Origin: the human T2T-CHM13v2.0 reference genome, Homo sapiens
DNA: 64,000 nt
Direction: 5' to 3' (one strand)
Assembly (NCBI RefSeq): GCF_009914755.1
Contig: NC_060941.1
Below are positions 1 to 18,894 of the stretch, piece after piece (positions within the stretch are counted from its first letter, which is position 1; every line of letters begins with the position of its first letter). A program made the position numbers and the translations under genes. A model generated the notes under the pieces. The model did not search any database, was not told where the DNA came from, and was given only the letters and a program-made list of their open reading frames with translations.

Positions 1-260
1 TTTTTTTTTGAGACGGAGTCTCACTCTGTAGCTCAGGCTGGAGTGTAACGGCAATCTCAGCTCACTACAATCTCCACCTCCTGAGTAGCTGGGACTACAG
101 ACACGCACCACCACATCCAGCCAATTTTTTTTTTGTATTTTTAGTAGAGACAGGGTTTCACCACGTTGGCCAGGCTGGTCTCAAACTCCTGACCTCAAGT
201 GATCCGCCTGCCTTGGCTTCCCCAAGTGTTGAGATTACAGGCATAAGCCACCACGACTGG
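1..260 (-). mobile_element. AluS with ~30-bp internal deletion in the right arm
   Basis: Alu sequence. ...tctccacctc joins directly to ctgagtagct. Confidence 0.9.
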
Positions 261-361
261 TCCATGGATGCTATTTACAACACCAAGTTGGCACAAGTAG
301 CTTACGGCTCAAACAGGTAATCTAGACAGAACAAGGGCAATGAACATTAAATTTCTTTGTT

Positions 362-363
<2 letters not shown>

Positions 364-394
<31 letters not shown>

Positions 395-542
395 TGAGAC
401 AGGGTCTCGCTCTGCCACCCAGGCTGGGGTGCAGTAGCACAGTCACAGCTCACCGCATCCTTGACCTGCAAGGCTCAAGTGATCCTCCCATCTCAGCCTC
501 CCAAAGTGCTGGGATTACAGGTGTGAGCCACCATGCCCAGCC
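364..542 (-). mobile_element. Alu monomer (FRAM-like)
   Basis: Poly-T followed by a single J-type right-arm monomer. Confidence 0.8.
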
Positions 543-2175
543 AATTTATTTCCAAAGTAGTAATTATTTTTAAAAATAATTTTAAAAAAAAGTAACTCTA
601 CTTAATTTCAGTTACTATAATAATGACTAAAAATCTTTTGGTTTTTGTTTTTTAAATATATAATTTGGGGTTTAATTATAATCTCATAGAACCAAAAATA
701 AATTACAGAAATTTTTTTCATTTTAAAAACTCTGGTTAACAACAAAGATACATGATAGAGGTAGGCTGCTTATAATTTTTTTCTTCTAAAGTCAACTTGA
801 TATAATTTAAATGTACATTTAAGAACTGCAAAGAAATCCTAACTTTAATAAATAAGGCAAAGCTTATTTATTATGTAGAAAAGCTGGTTTTCTACATAAT
901 TCAGAGTTCTCACAAACCACCTATTTGTTTTCTCTCTCTGCTCAAGACCCCAAAATGGTGGCTGTGCGGCCTGTTCTTTGGTTGGAAATGAAGTTCTTCT
1001 TCTAATTCTGGTTAAACCATGTAGCTAAACTGAAAACAAACTTTTTCACCTAGATTACCTCAGTTGGCCTTTTTTTCTCCCCCTATTTCTACACATAAAT
1101 ATATCATTAAAATGCTAATTTTTATCATTTGTTCTTCTCTAATAAACACGTGAGAAAAGGAATATAATTTTTAAGCGGGAAGATCTTTGACAACAAGAAG
1201 TCTGTATTATAAACTACCAATATGCTGAAAACACAATACCAGCAATGTAAAAATACTTCATTATTAACTGTTTCAGCCATTCCTCAACATTTTATTAATT
1301 AAATACCAAGTAGAAACTTTCTGCTCCATGAAGCTGTATGCCACCATAGTAACAATGATCATTTTGGTAACAGCACCACCAATACACATGTATGACGGGA
1401 GCCTGCCAAAACACAGGAAAAAATTTACTTTATTGTATGAAGCTGGCTGTAAGTTTTTACAGTAGGAAACGGCCTATTATGTCTCAAGAGAAAACCATGC
1501 TACAGGTATGTCCATGACTGGATGAATACTAATTCTATACTGAATTTTGTTTTAGTTGACAGCCACATTCAATTTACATCATTTAGCCCATTTTCAACAG
1601 TGACAAAATAGTAAGTCTCTTGAGTGGATTGTAAGCTTTGCTGATTGTGTATTAAAGACTATAAGCAAGAACCAATGCTACTAGGTGAACCCATGCAAAC
1701 AAGTTGTAAAAATTCCCGAAACAAAAAAACTCTATAGCTCACTACAGATGACACAATGAAGACTAGAGAGAAAAGCCATATAGTAATGCTACACCATTCA
1801 GCTCCAAGAAGCACATTATTTCTAGTGCAGTCCACATATGGTCACTGCTAAATGTCAAATCAGCAGTCTTATAAAGAATTACAGTTTGGAACTAGTGGAG
1901 TCCACAGATCTAGACAGATATGCAACATCACAAAACCCAATTATACATATACTTCCAAATCCTTAAGATGCGCAAACTAAACATCAGCAACTGGAGTTTG
2001 AAGCTTACACTACATTTTTAAACCTATTAGGTCATCCTGACAACCATAAAGAAAGAATTTTAATCAGTCAGGTAGAGCAAGGACCGACTAGCGGCTGATG
2101 GGTAGTTGCACTTCCAACCACAACAGTAACAACATGTTTTAAGTCTATGATGCATGCATTCTGCCTTCTATATAG

Positions 2176-2793
<618 letters not shown>

Positions 2794-4512
2794 AATTCCT
2801 CATCTTCTAACTATGATAAAGGTCATAAAGGACCGTGTATCCTAAAAAACACCAATTAATTCTTCTGTGATTGAATCCTAGACGGAGCTATGGCTTTAGA
2901 TCAAGCTTTGTTTTGTAAATATTTTGTCTTTAAGTAAGTGGAGGTTATAATTATAACATTTGAGACCTAAATATCTCATAAAGCAATAACAATTTTTAAA
3001 ATTCAAATTCAAAGCTTCTCGTAATAGGGATAAAATGTTCACACTTTTCAACTTGTTTTTAATAGAGATAATCAAGTTGTTTAGCAATTCTCATATAATT
3101 TTCTTAAAAAGATATTTCATTCTTGAGGAAAAATCTCATTGAAAGATATCTGGTTGGTTGAAGCAAATAAGGGAAAATTAAACTTCAAAAAATATTATTA
3201 AATGCTTTACAAATACTGGATTTTGATATATTTTCAACATTTACCTAATAAAATTGAAATACCAATATCTCACTAACAAATCTAAGCTTCGGAAGTTCAC
3301 TAAAAGCATAATACATTATTGCATCTTCATGTCTCATTTCCCATCTTGCTGGTTTGCATCAAATTTAGCCTACTACAAAATAAAAAGACCTTAATCCTAT
3401 ACTCACAATAACCCTTCACACAGGCATATTCTTGGCACAAACCTGTGCAGAGACCTCCACGGTTACCAGCTGCTGCAGATTACCTTTGGTTAAAAAAAAA
3501 TGACTAGACCTTTAGCTCCTGCAATGATCTGTAGACTCCCAAAGCTGCATATTTTCAGCCACTTTTGAGTTGCATGCTGTAGCAAAACAGTCAGCACCTC
3601 TCAATAGATATTGCTGCAGAGAAAGATTTTAATTCAGCACTCTTTCTGTGTTAGAAGTAACACCATTTTCCCCTAAAAACAAAACAGCTTAATATAGCCA
3701 GCCAGCCATGTAATTAAATATTTACTTATTATTTAGTGGGCATTCCTCAGGTGATAAGGGACTTCTTTTGTTTGGTGGGAGGGAGGGAACACTACCTACT
3801 TTGATGCCAATCACTGTAGGAGTTTCTCTTAAAACTTAAAATTTTCTGTGACCAAAAAAAGTAAAAAAAAAAAAAAAAAGTTGAAAAAAGAGAAAAACAC
3901 TTAAAATTTTACTCACAAATGATCAGGCAACAGAAATAAGATCCCTCTTATCTTGTGTGTCAATACTTCTTTTTTTTTTTCTTATTTTTTCTTGCATCTT
4001 TGTTTATTCTCCCAGATCCTGTGCCCTACTTCTACCTAATACAATGTAGGCCATGAAGTTCTCTCCTACAACCTAAACTATCTCATCACAAATAATGCAT
4101 ATATTTATCTTTCAGAAGTAAATTTTCATTAGAAGTGTAATTACTAATATACATTTCTGAACATTCATTTATTTAAAAAAATTAAATATCCAGCCTGAGT
4201 ACTATATACTATTTGCTATTTTAAGTGAAGAAGGTAGCACTACTTAATAAATAAGGCATATTATCAATTCTACTCCCACTGAATGAGATTATTCAACAAT
4301 GATTACTCAATTAGACTGCCTTCTGATACTGTTCTCGCTATATGTGGCAGAAAAAGTCCTGGACATTATGAGAGGTAAAATAGCATTAGCCTCATGTGCC
4401 ATAGGAATGAAATTTCCAAAAATATTTCAGTGTAGCCCTCTAGGCTTAAAATATGTTAAATATCATTTAATTTAGTGGTTTAAAAAATATTTGTTAAGTA
4501 TCGTAATAATGA

Positions 4513-4983
<471 letters not shown>

Positions 4984-5051
4984 AGACCCTCCAGTTTTGT
5001 AAATTGAAATGGAAAAATTAAATTAGTTTGCAAATACAAGATACTGTCTAG

Positions 5052-5425
<374 letters not shown>

Positions 5426-6813
5426 TAAAATCAGTGATTTTTAACTTAGCAAAGTGGGCTTGGCATTTTATCCTTATGTCAAAACACAAGACTAGGCTTT
5501 CAGTGAAATATCAGATGAGAATTCTCCCTCTGCAGCATTATCACATGCGTCATCAATTACTGCCATGCCTAAGTCTAGCATCATGCCAGCACATTAAGAC
5601 AGAAGGTACTATATGCAGTGTTCACTGGACCAGAAAGACAGAAATAAGAAAGGGAGGTGGGGAGAAAGAAACCCTAGAGAAGAAATTAAAAAAAGGCAGA
5701 CCGTGCAATACAAACCAGATCATGGCTGCTTAGCTAATATGGGCCAACTGCTGTGGAAGAAAAATGTCGAACACCCCAAGTTGTGTAAATTTCTGTAAAC
5801 ATCTAAACACACATACAAACACACACAACACCAACCTAATTAGGAACATAAATATATGTTGATCCTTTACTATGTTGCAGTTTTGAAAATAAAAGCTAAA
5901 GTTAAAATATCCGTATTCTCTAAATTGCCTTCTTATTTTCCTGAGGAAGAAGCTAGTGTTTCTTAAGGGGAAGTGGGGGGCTTGTCATGATGGTTATAAA
6001 GATTAAGATTCCCTTTTTGACTTTTTTTCCCCACTCAAGTTTTACCAATAACTCACCGAAATCCTTATTAAATATGTACACTTAAGCACAAATAGTAACT
6101 GCTGACAATAATGACAAGTTTAGACATTTTAACAATAGACTGTGTTATTTAAAAATAACGGGTTTTTCAAAGTGAAAATAATGTTCAAAAATTAAGAAGT
6201 TTTTTTAAAACTAAGAGCCAGGTAAATAAATCTCCTTGTTCTATTGCTTGATATCATCAGTGTCCAAAACTAAGCAGTGTGAAAAGATAGAAATAATCAG
6301 CTTTTGACAAAAACCACATTTCTTAAGCTACAGAGACCAAACTTGCCATGTTTCACAACAGTCTGGTAAATAAAACATATTACTCCTTAAATGTTTTTAA
6401 TATAACATTTAAAAAAAAATTTCCATACATATTCTACTTATGTAGGAACATTTCATACATAATTATATTGCCCAAGAAAGGTGAAGCTATAAAGGATCAA
6501 AATACATTTTACTCCTTTATTCAATTCACAAAATGCTAAACTTTAACTTGCTACCTTCAACAAAGTATCGGTATGGGCCAAAAAGATATTTTTCCATTGA
6601 AATTCTAATGTGTTTCTAGATTTTTTTGGACTGATTTCCCAACATATTAAATATTAGATTACATCCCAAGCTTTAATTGATTACTGTATGGCATGCAAGA
6701 AAACAACTCTAAACTGTACTATTGGTTATTAATAAGTTTAACTTCACTCACATCAAGTGTCACACGAACACTACCTAACTAACTAGCTAAGACCCGAAAT
6801 TAAGCACTGATTA

Positions 6814-6921
<108 letters not shown>

Positions 6922-7086
6922 TCAAAAGCAGTTAAGTGTCAAATCTATTAACAGCTTAACCAAACTAAGGATTATTTTTAACTTTTCTTTTTTTTTTTTA
7001 ACCTAAAAGGACACTGCAATCGTTCATTTTCAGTACACAATCAAAACCACACCACAAATTCCAACTTTTTAAAAATTTATAAAAAT

Positions 7087-8040
<954 letters not shown>

Positions 8041-8102
8041 TATTAGGAATCTAGGCCTAGTAATCTGAACTTTTAGTCTCCTAACAAGTGTTGAAATTGT
8101 AA

Positions 8103-8495
<393 letters not shown>

Positions 8496-9295
8496 TGTTT
8501 TACTTTTTTATATGCAATATTGCATTAAATCTTTAATAATGAAGAAAACAAGTCATAGTAATGAAAATAAAACCTATTTTTAAATAAATACTGCTCAATC
8601 TGGTAACATTATTTTAAACTAAATCTGCTAAGACATTAAACTTTAAATCAACTGATACCTCCCGGCTTTTCAAGAAATTAAAAATAAGCTCTTGACAGTT
8701 TCCAAAGCAACTATTCCTCAAGATGATCTGCAAAGGAGATAAACATGCTTTATAATGATGTATTTGATCATAATCAAGCAAGTTGTCACTGCAACTAAAA
8801 TAAGTAAAAACAGTTTCAACAAATGATAGCTGCAGACAACTAAGAAGTTATCTCTAATCATAGTTTTCACAGATCTCCTTGCTTCATCAGGAAGGAATAG
8901 CTCATAATTTGCTTTTAAATCAAAATATCAATTTTCTGGTTCCCTTCTTGTCTTAAAATATAGGGCATCAGGATTTGTGAGTCCCACAATGACCTAAATC
9001 AAAAGACTAAAGACTTCAGTCTTTTGGTCTAGCCTAAACGAATTCAGTGTGTGGAAAGATATGATAACTTGAATGTTAACCTAACAAAAAGTTACTTTGC
9101 CTTTTCAAGGTAAAATTAAAATTCTAATTCAATAAATAAAATCTAATGATGGGGAGCTCTAACATGTAATTTGCCAAATTGTATAGTAAGTATTACGTTT
9201 CTCTCACTAGACTGTGAAGTCCTTGAGGACAAGAACTGAGTCTTGTTTATCTCTTACACCTAATAACATGGCAACCAAACACTAGGGAACAATTA

Positions 9296-9605
9296 GGTGC
9301 TAAAATTGTGTGGCAGTGATGAACAAGTTCTAGAACAAGATGGTGGTGGTGGTAGTCGTACAATATTGTTAATGTACTTAATGCTACTGAACTGTATCCT
9401 TTTTTTTAAGAGAAGGGGGTCTCACTATGTTGCCCAGGCTGCCTTCAAACTCCTGGGCTCAAGGAGCCCAGCCTCAGCCTCTTGACCAGTTGGAACTACA
9501 GGCGCCACACCAGTACACTTGGCTTGGACTATATACTTTAAAATAGTTAAAGTGATAAATTTTATGTTACACATATTTTACCACAATAAAAATAATAAAA
9601 ATAAA
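9296..9605 (+). mobile_element. Old L1M 3' end interrupted by a minus-strand FLAM (9397-9525)
   Basis: gatggtggt...aatgtacttaatgctactgaactgt and ...attttaccacaataaaa are typical of L1MB/MC 3' UTR. Confidence 0.65.
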
Positions 9606-9799
9606 ATTGTATGGCAAAGTCTATCCAAATAAAGAAAGGGAAAAAAAAGAAGAAAAATGGAATAGCAAGGGACAGGAGGAGTATGTTTTCCAAAGACAAA
9701 AAAAAAAAGGACTTAAAAGTGGGTATTTCAGGAATGAAAAAAAGCAGTCATGAACAAATGATTTTAAAAAATTAAAAACAGCTATTAATCCTGAAAGTC

Positions 9800-11000
9800 T
9801 TTTTGTTTTGTTTTGTTTGAGATGGAGTCTTGGTCTGTCGCCCAGGCTAGAGCGCAGTGATGCCATCTCAGCTCACTGCAAACAAGGCCTCCCAGATTCA
9901 AGGGATTCTCCCGCCTCAGCCTCCGGAGTAGCTGGGATTACAGGCACACGCCACCACACCTGGCTAATTTTTGTATTTTTAGTAGAGATGGGGTGGGGGG
10001 TGGGGGGGTTCACACCATGTTGGCCAGGCTGATCTTGAACTCCTGACCTCAAGTGATCTGCCCGCCTCAGCCTCCCAAAGTGCTGAGATTACAGATGTGA
10101 GCCACCAAGCGCAGCCTGAAAGTCTGTCTTCAATTTACCTCCAAACACCTGCTTCTTGGCATTTTAATTTCTACTGCAACACTCAACATTTTAAGTTACT
10201 TTAAAGGTGTTAATTGCAAAGTACTTCTAAATTACTAAATAATAAATATCCAAATACTGAGATTAACTCAAACCTCATTATAGTACAGAACACCAATGTA
10301 CAGCTGAATATCGATTCTTTCACTCTACAGGTCTATACAATTTAATGATACAGGAATAAACCAGGCACAGTGGCTCATGCCTGTAATTCCAGCACTTCGG
10401 GAGGCTGAAGTGGGAGCACTGCTGGAGGCCAGGAAGTTGGACATCAACTTGGGCAACATAGCGAGCAAGACCTTGTCTATACAAAAAAAACTAGATGGGC
10501 GTGGTGGTGTGTACCTATAGTCCTAGTCCTATAGTCCTAGCTACTAGGGAGGCTGAGGCAGGAGGATCACTTCAGCCCAGGGGTTCAAGACTGCTGTGAG
10601 CTGACTGAGCTACCACATTCAAGACTGGGTAACAAACCAAGAGTCTGTCTCAAAAACAAAAAAAAACAAAAAACAAAACAAAAAAACCCTCATCCTAACA
10701 ATAACTATGTACTACTTTTTTAAAGTAATTAAACCTTTAGTTTGTTTAGAGACAGAGTCTCTCTCTGTCACCCAAGCTAGAGTGCAGTGGAACCATCATA
10801 GCTTACTGTAACCTTAACTCCTGGGCTCAAGTAATCCTCCCACCTCAGCCTCCCAAGTAGCTAGGGCAACAGGCATACACCATGACGCCCGGCTGTTTTT
10901 TATTTTGATTTAGATGGTCTCAAACTCCTGGGCTCAAGTGATCCTCCTGCCTCTGCCTCTAAAAGTTCTGGGATTACAGGCCTAAGCCATCAAGCCTGGC
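9800..11000. mobile_element. Alu cluster: AluS(-) 9800-10116, AluJ(+) 10361-10687, AluJ(-) 10740-11000
   Basis: Alu consensus matches. The first Alu carries an expanded G-tract at 9990-10008. Confidence 0.88.
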
Positions 11001-11419
11001 CTAGAGTACTTAATTTAGGACAACTATGTGATGGTTTTAAACAAAAAGAGAATTGCCCCAAAATATATCACTATCAAAGATGACATTTAAAGCACAAACA
11101 CAGATTATTAGAGAACTACCAAGTAAGTCTACAAAAAAGAAAATGGGCACCTTCTAGGAAAAACCATTTCAGCTCATCCTTGCTGCATGAAAAATCACAC
11201 AAGTTTTTCCAAAAAGATAATGAATCATTAGCAAAATCATCTTTTAATCTTAGGCTTAAAGTTATTTTAGAAAACCCTTCTGTAGATTACAAACTACTGT
11301 CAGCAAATGCCAGGTTCCAAATAAGACATTTAACAAATTTCTAAATACAGTTAGCTAATTAACTTTTCAAATCATTCTGGATCTGTCAGATGCAATACAA
11401 ATCAGGATTAATAATATAG

Positions 11420-13700
<2,281 letters not shown>

Positions 13701-13831
13701 CAGGCTAAATATTTCTGTATTTCACCTCTAAAAAATGTATTTTTTGAATACTTAAATTAAAATCCTGTTCCATAGGCAGATTGTAGTGGCAGTTATAAGA
13801 ATCTATAAATGTGTTAAAATTCATAGAACTA

Positions 13832-14125
13832 GGCTGGGCATGGTGGCTTACACCTGTAATCCCAGCACTTTGGGAGACCAAGGCAGGCAGATCACTTGAG
13901 GTCAGGAATTTGAGACCTGACTGGCCAACATGGAGAAACCCCATCTCTGCTAAAAATAGAAAAATTAGCCGGGTGTGGTAGTACACGCCTGATATCCAGG
14001 TCCTCAGGAAGCTGAGGCAGGAGAATCGCTTGAACCTACAAGGCAGAGGTTGCAGTGAGCCAAGGTGTCGCCACTGCACTCCAGCCTGGGCGACAGAGTG
14101 AGACTCTTGTCTCAAAAATAAATAA
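13832..14125 (+). mobile_element. AluS
   Basis: Full dimer. Confidence 0.9.
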
Positions 14126-14126
14126 C

Positions 14127-14706
14127 CCCATGTTCTCACTCTTAAGTGGGAGCTGAACAATGAGAACACATGGACACAGGGAGGGGAACATTATACACTG
14201 GGGCCTGTCAGTGGGTGGGGGGCAAGGGGAGGGAAAGCATTACGACAAATACCTAATGCGTACGGGACTTAAAACCTAGACGAGGCTGGGCGCAGTGGGT
14301 CATGCCTGTAATACCAGCACTTTGGGAGGCCAAGACAGGTGGATCTTGAGGTCAGGAGTTCAAGACCAGCCTGGCCAACATGGTGAAACCCCGTCTCTAC
14401 TAAAAACACAAAAAAATTAGCCGGGTGTGGTGGCGGGCGCCTGTAATCTCAGCTACTCAGAAGGTTGAGGCAGGAGAATCGCTTGAATGCAGGAGGCGGA
14501 GGCTGCAGTGAGCCGAGATCACACCACTGCACTTCAGCCTGGGCGACAGAGCCAGACTCCATCTCAAAAAAAAAAAAAAAAAACCAAACCAAACCTAGAT
14601 GACGGGTTCGTAGGTGCAGCAAACCACCATGGTACATGTATACCTATGCAACAAACCTGCATGTTTTGCACATGTATCCCAGAACTTAAAGTAAAATTAA
14701 AAAAAA
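14127..14706 (+). mobile_element. 5'-truncated L1PA (L1PA7/8-like) 3' end, split by AluS 14284-14583
   Basis: catgttctcact...aacacatggacacagggagggg...cccagaacttaaagt followed by an A tail. The Alu TSD is aaacctaga(c/t)ga. Confidence 0.88.
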
Positions 14707-14866
14707 TATATTTCTATCAAAAAATAAATTCATAGAAATCCATATCAAATAAGTCAATACTACTGCATGTTAATTTTCAAAACTAAACTAAAAAACATGT
14801 ACAGAGCAGCTCTAGAATACATTAGAAGCTTGTAGTAGAAGTTAACTCTTAGAAATGGGTGTCTAA

Positions 14867-15145
14867 GGCCGGGCGCGGTGGCTCACGCCTGTAATCCCAG
14901 CACTTTGGGAGGCCGAGGCAGGCGGATCACGAGGTCAGGAGATCGAGACCATCCTGGCTAACACGGTGCAACCCCGTCTCTACTAAAAATACAAAAAATT
15001 AGCCAGGCATGGTGGCTGGTGCCTGTAGTCCCAGCTACTCAGGAGGCTGAGGCAGGAGAATGGTGTGAACCCAGGAGGCGGAGCTTGCAGTGAGCCGAGA
15101 CAGCACCACTGCACTCTGCCTGGGCGAAAGAGTGAGACTCCGTCT

Positions 15146-15179
<34 letters not shown>
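14867..15179 (+). mobile_element. AluY
   Basis: gagatcgagaccatcctggctaacacgg and gagcttgca diagnostics; long A tail. Confidence 0.92.

Positions 15180-15226
<47 letters not shown>
15180..15226. repeat. (AT)n microsatellite
   Basis: About 23 perfect AT units after the Alu tail. Confidence 0.97.
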
Positions 15227-15229
<3 letters not shown>

Positions 15230-15262
15230 CCTACCTCTCATATCTCTTAGACACTCATTTCT

Positions 15263-15557
<295 letters not shown>

Positions 15558-15649
15558 GAGGTAGGCTATTTTTAACTGCATTTTTTTCTTTTGAATTTCA
15601 TACTTACTGCATTTTAAAATAAAATTCAAAATATTTAATCAGAAATTTA

Positions 15650-16293
<644 letters not shown>

Positions 16294-16582
16294 AGAAATT
16301 TATTTTAAATGGCGTTGATTCAAACATACATTTAGTTTTCATTTTAAAAGCTCAAAGGTAAACACAAAATAACATCAAAATATCCATTAAGGTTATATGA
16401 AACTTTTTAAAGCTTAAAGTAACAGACCACCTAATTTTCTTGCCTGGCTTCTCAATATTTGACACCAGAGTCACACTTTTGCTGCTGAAAAGTTGGCTAC
16501 AAAAAACACGGGCAAACCAGGTGTGGTGGGTGGTTCACACCAGGTGGGTAGGTAGTAATCCCAATGCTTTGGGAGGCCAACT

Positions 16583-16730
16583 CTGACACATTATTATTAA
16601 CTAAAGTCCATACTATATTCAGATTATCTTAGACTTCCTCTAATGGTCTTTTTCTGTTCTAGGATCCCACAGAGGATACCACATTACATTTTGTTGTCAT
16701 GTCACTTTAGGCTTCTTTTGGCTGTGAGTT
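16583..16730 (-). mobile_element. L1MC 3' UTR fragment
   Basis: ttctaggatcccacagaggataccacattacatttt is typical of L1MC3/4. Confidence 0.6.
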
Positions 16731-16884
16731 TCAAAAAACTTTTAAAAAGTAAAACTTAATGTTGTAATTGTCATGTTAAATTTCGCCCTAATTTGATATT
16801 TCAATGTATCATAAGTGCTATGATGTGTCCTGCAGCATAGTGGGACCCTCTGTCTAACTTTTATTATGTATTTGTTTGTGATTC

Positions 16885-18380
16885 AATCTCAGCTCACTGA
16901 AGCCTCAACCTCCCAGGCTCAAGTGATCCTCCCACCTCAGCTCCCCAAGTGCTGAGACCACAGGCACATGCCACCATGCCTGGCTACATTTTTTTGTATT
17001 TTTTTTAGAGACTGGGTTCCATCATGTAGCCCAGAATGGTCTCGAACTCCTGAGCTCAAGAGATCGCCCGCCTCAGCCTCCCCAAGTGCTGGGATTACAG
17101 GTGTGAGCCCACCATGCCAAGCCTGTTTTTATTTTCTGAGACAAGGTCTCACTCTGTCATCCATGTTGGAGTGCAGTGACACAATCTTGGCTCACCGCAC
17201 CTCCTGGGCTCAAGTGATTCTCCCACTTCAGCCCCCCAAGTGGCTGGGACTACAGGTGCAAGCCACCACACCCGTCTAATGTTTTCATTTAAAAATTTTT
17301 TTTTGTAGACTTGGAGTCTTGCCATGTTCCCAGCATGGTTTCAAACCCCTGGTCTCAGGTGATCCCCCTGCTTCGGCCTCCAAAAGTGCTAGGATTATAG
17401 GCTTGAGCCACAGCGCCTGGCCTTTACTAATGTTTGATTTTCTGTTTATTTTTGAGATAGGGTCTCGCTCTGTCACTCAGGCTGGAATGCAGTGGCACAA
17501 TCTCGACTCACTGCAGACTCCGTCTCCTGAGCTCAAACGATCCTCCCACCTTGGCCTCCCAAAGTGCTGGGATTCCTGCTGTGAGCCATCCCGCCCAGCC
17601 TCTAATAAAGTTTTTAAAAGCAAATCTGGCCAGGCTACCATTCCCTCAATGAGAGTGTCCCCACACTCTTCCTATGCCCCCAGCCCTAAGACCAACTCAC
17701 TTAACTCACTTTTACTTTGAAGTCTTGTCTGACACTCCTTCTCTGTGCTCCTTTAGCTTTATGTTTATACCTTCGTTATGGTACTTGTACTGTGACTCCC
17801 TGTTTACTTATCTCCTCTACCATAAAGCATGTTCTTTAAGTCCAGGTACTCTTTCTTCATCTATATGCCCTATATAAGAACATTTTCTAGTACACTAGTG
17901 AATATTATGTGTTTATTTAGAATAACTAAAGGTCTCCCTGTCACCCAAGCTACGGGGCAGTGGTGCAATCACAGCTCACTGCAGCTTCTACTTCCTGGGC
18001 TCAACTGATTCTCCTACCTCAGCCCCCCAGGTAACTGGGACTACAGGCATGTATTAGCACACCTGGCTAATTTTTGTTTGTTTAATGTGGTTTTTGTTTT
18101 GTTTTTGGTAGAGACGGGGTTCCACCATGTTGCCTATGTAAATAAAATGAAAAGAGGCTGGTTCATACAAGACAGTTTTTATTTTATTCAAGTTAACCAA
18201 GGTAAAGACTCAGTTCTTTCACATTCTTGCTCTTGCCCATTCCCCTTTCTCCATTTTTTCCATTTCTTTTCTTTTCTTTCTTTTCTTTAACAGCCTGTGT
18301 TGCCCAGGCTGTTTTCAAACTTGGGCCCAAGCAGTCCTGCTGCCTCAGCCTCCAGAATAGCTGGGATTACAGGCACACAG
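16885..18380 (-). mobile_element. AluJ/FRAM/FLAM cluster (16885-17123, 17125-17422, 17435-17600, 17931-18136, 18265-18380)
   Basis: J-type diagnostics (gctcaagtgatcctccc). Confidence 0.85.
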
Positions 18381-18894
18381 TCTTTTAAAGGTGATTTGCA
18401 TTGTTAAAATTATGCCCATTAAGGGCATTTTTTTGTAAAATGCTTTTCTTGAGACATTTTATTAGACTGAGCTCATAGGGAGAACTTAAAAAAAATTTTT
18501 TTTAACAATTTTTGTAATAACTTTAATCTTACCTCTAAATATGTCATCTAGTCTGATAGCCTGGTCACAGGTGAGGAAAGGTTGTGCAAGCAATGTCTTT
18601 AATTTTTTAGTATATTGTGGCCCCCTTTATTAAAATATACTACTAAACACAAATAATACAAATGTAAAATGGGTATTGTTAAAAGTTTAGGCCACACTGT
18701 AACAAGTAAAACATGAAAGAAAGCCCTCCTTTCTCCGTTTCATTTCTTAGAGGTAATCATTGTTTTCAATTTGTTACCTTTCAGTTTTTTAGTAAAGTTT
18801 TAAATTACACATGCTCTTTGGAAGAAGTGCTTTAGAAATACTGAATATGAGTTTATTGTAATTATTAACTTTTGTGATTACTTTCAGATAGACA

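Noticed and set aside
9990-10008. Expanded G-tract in an Alu (possible G-quadruplex)
   Set aside because: Simple slippage of the Alu gggg run. Nothing suggests function.
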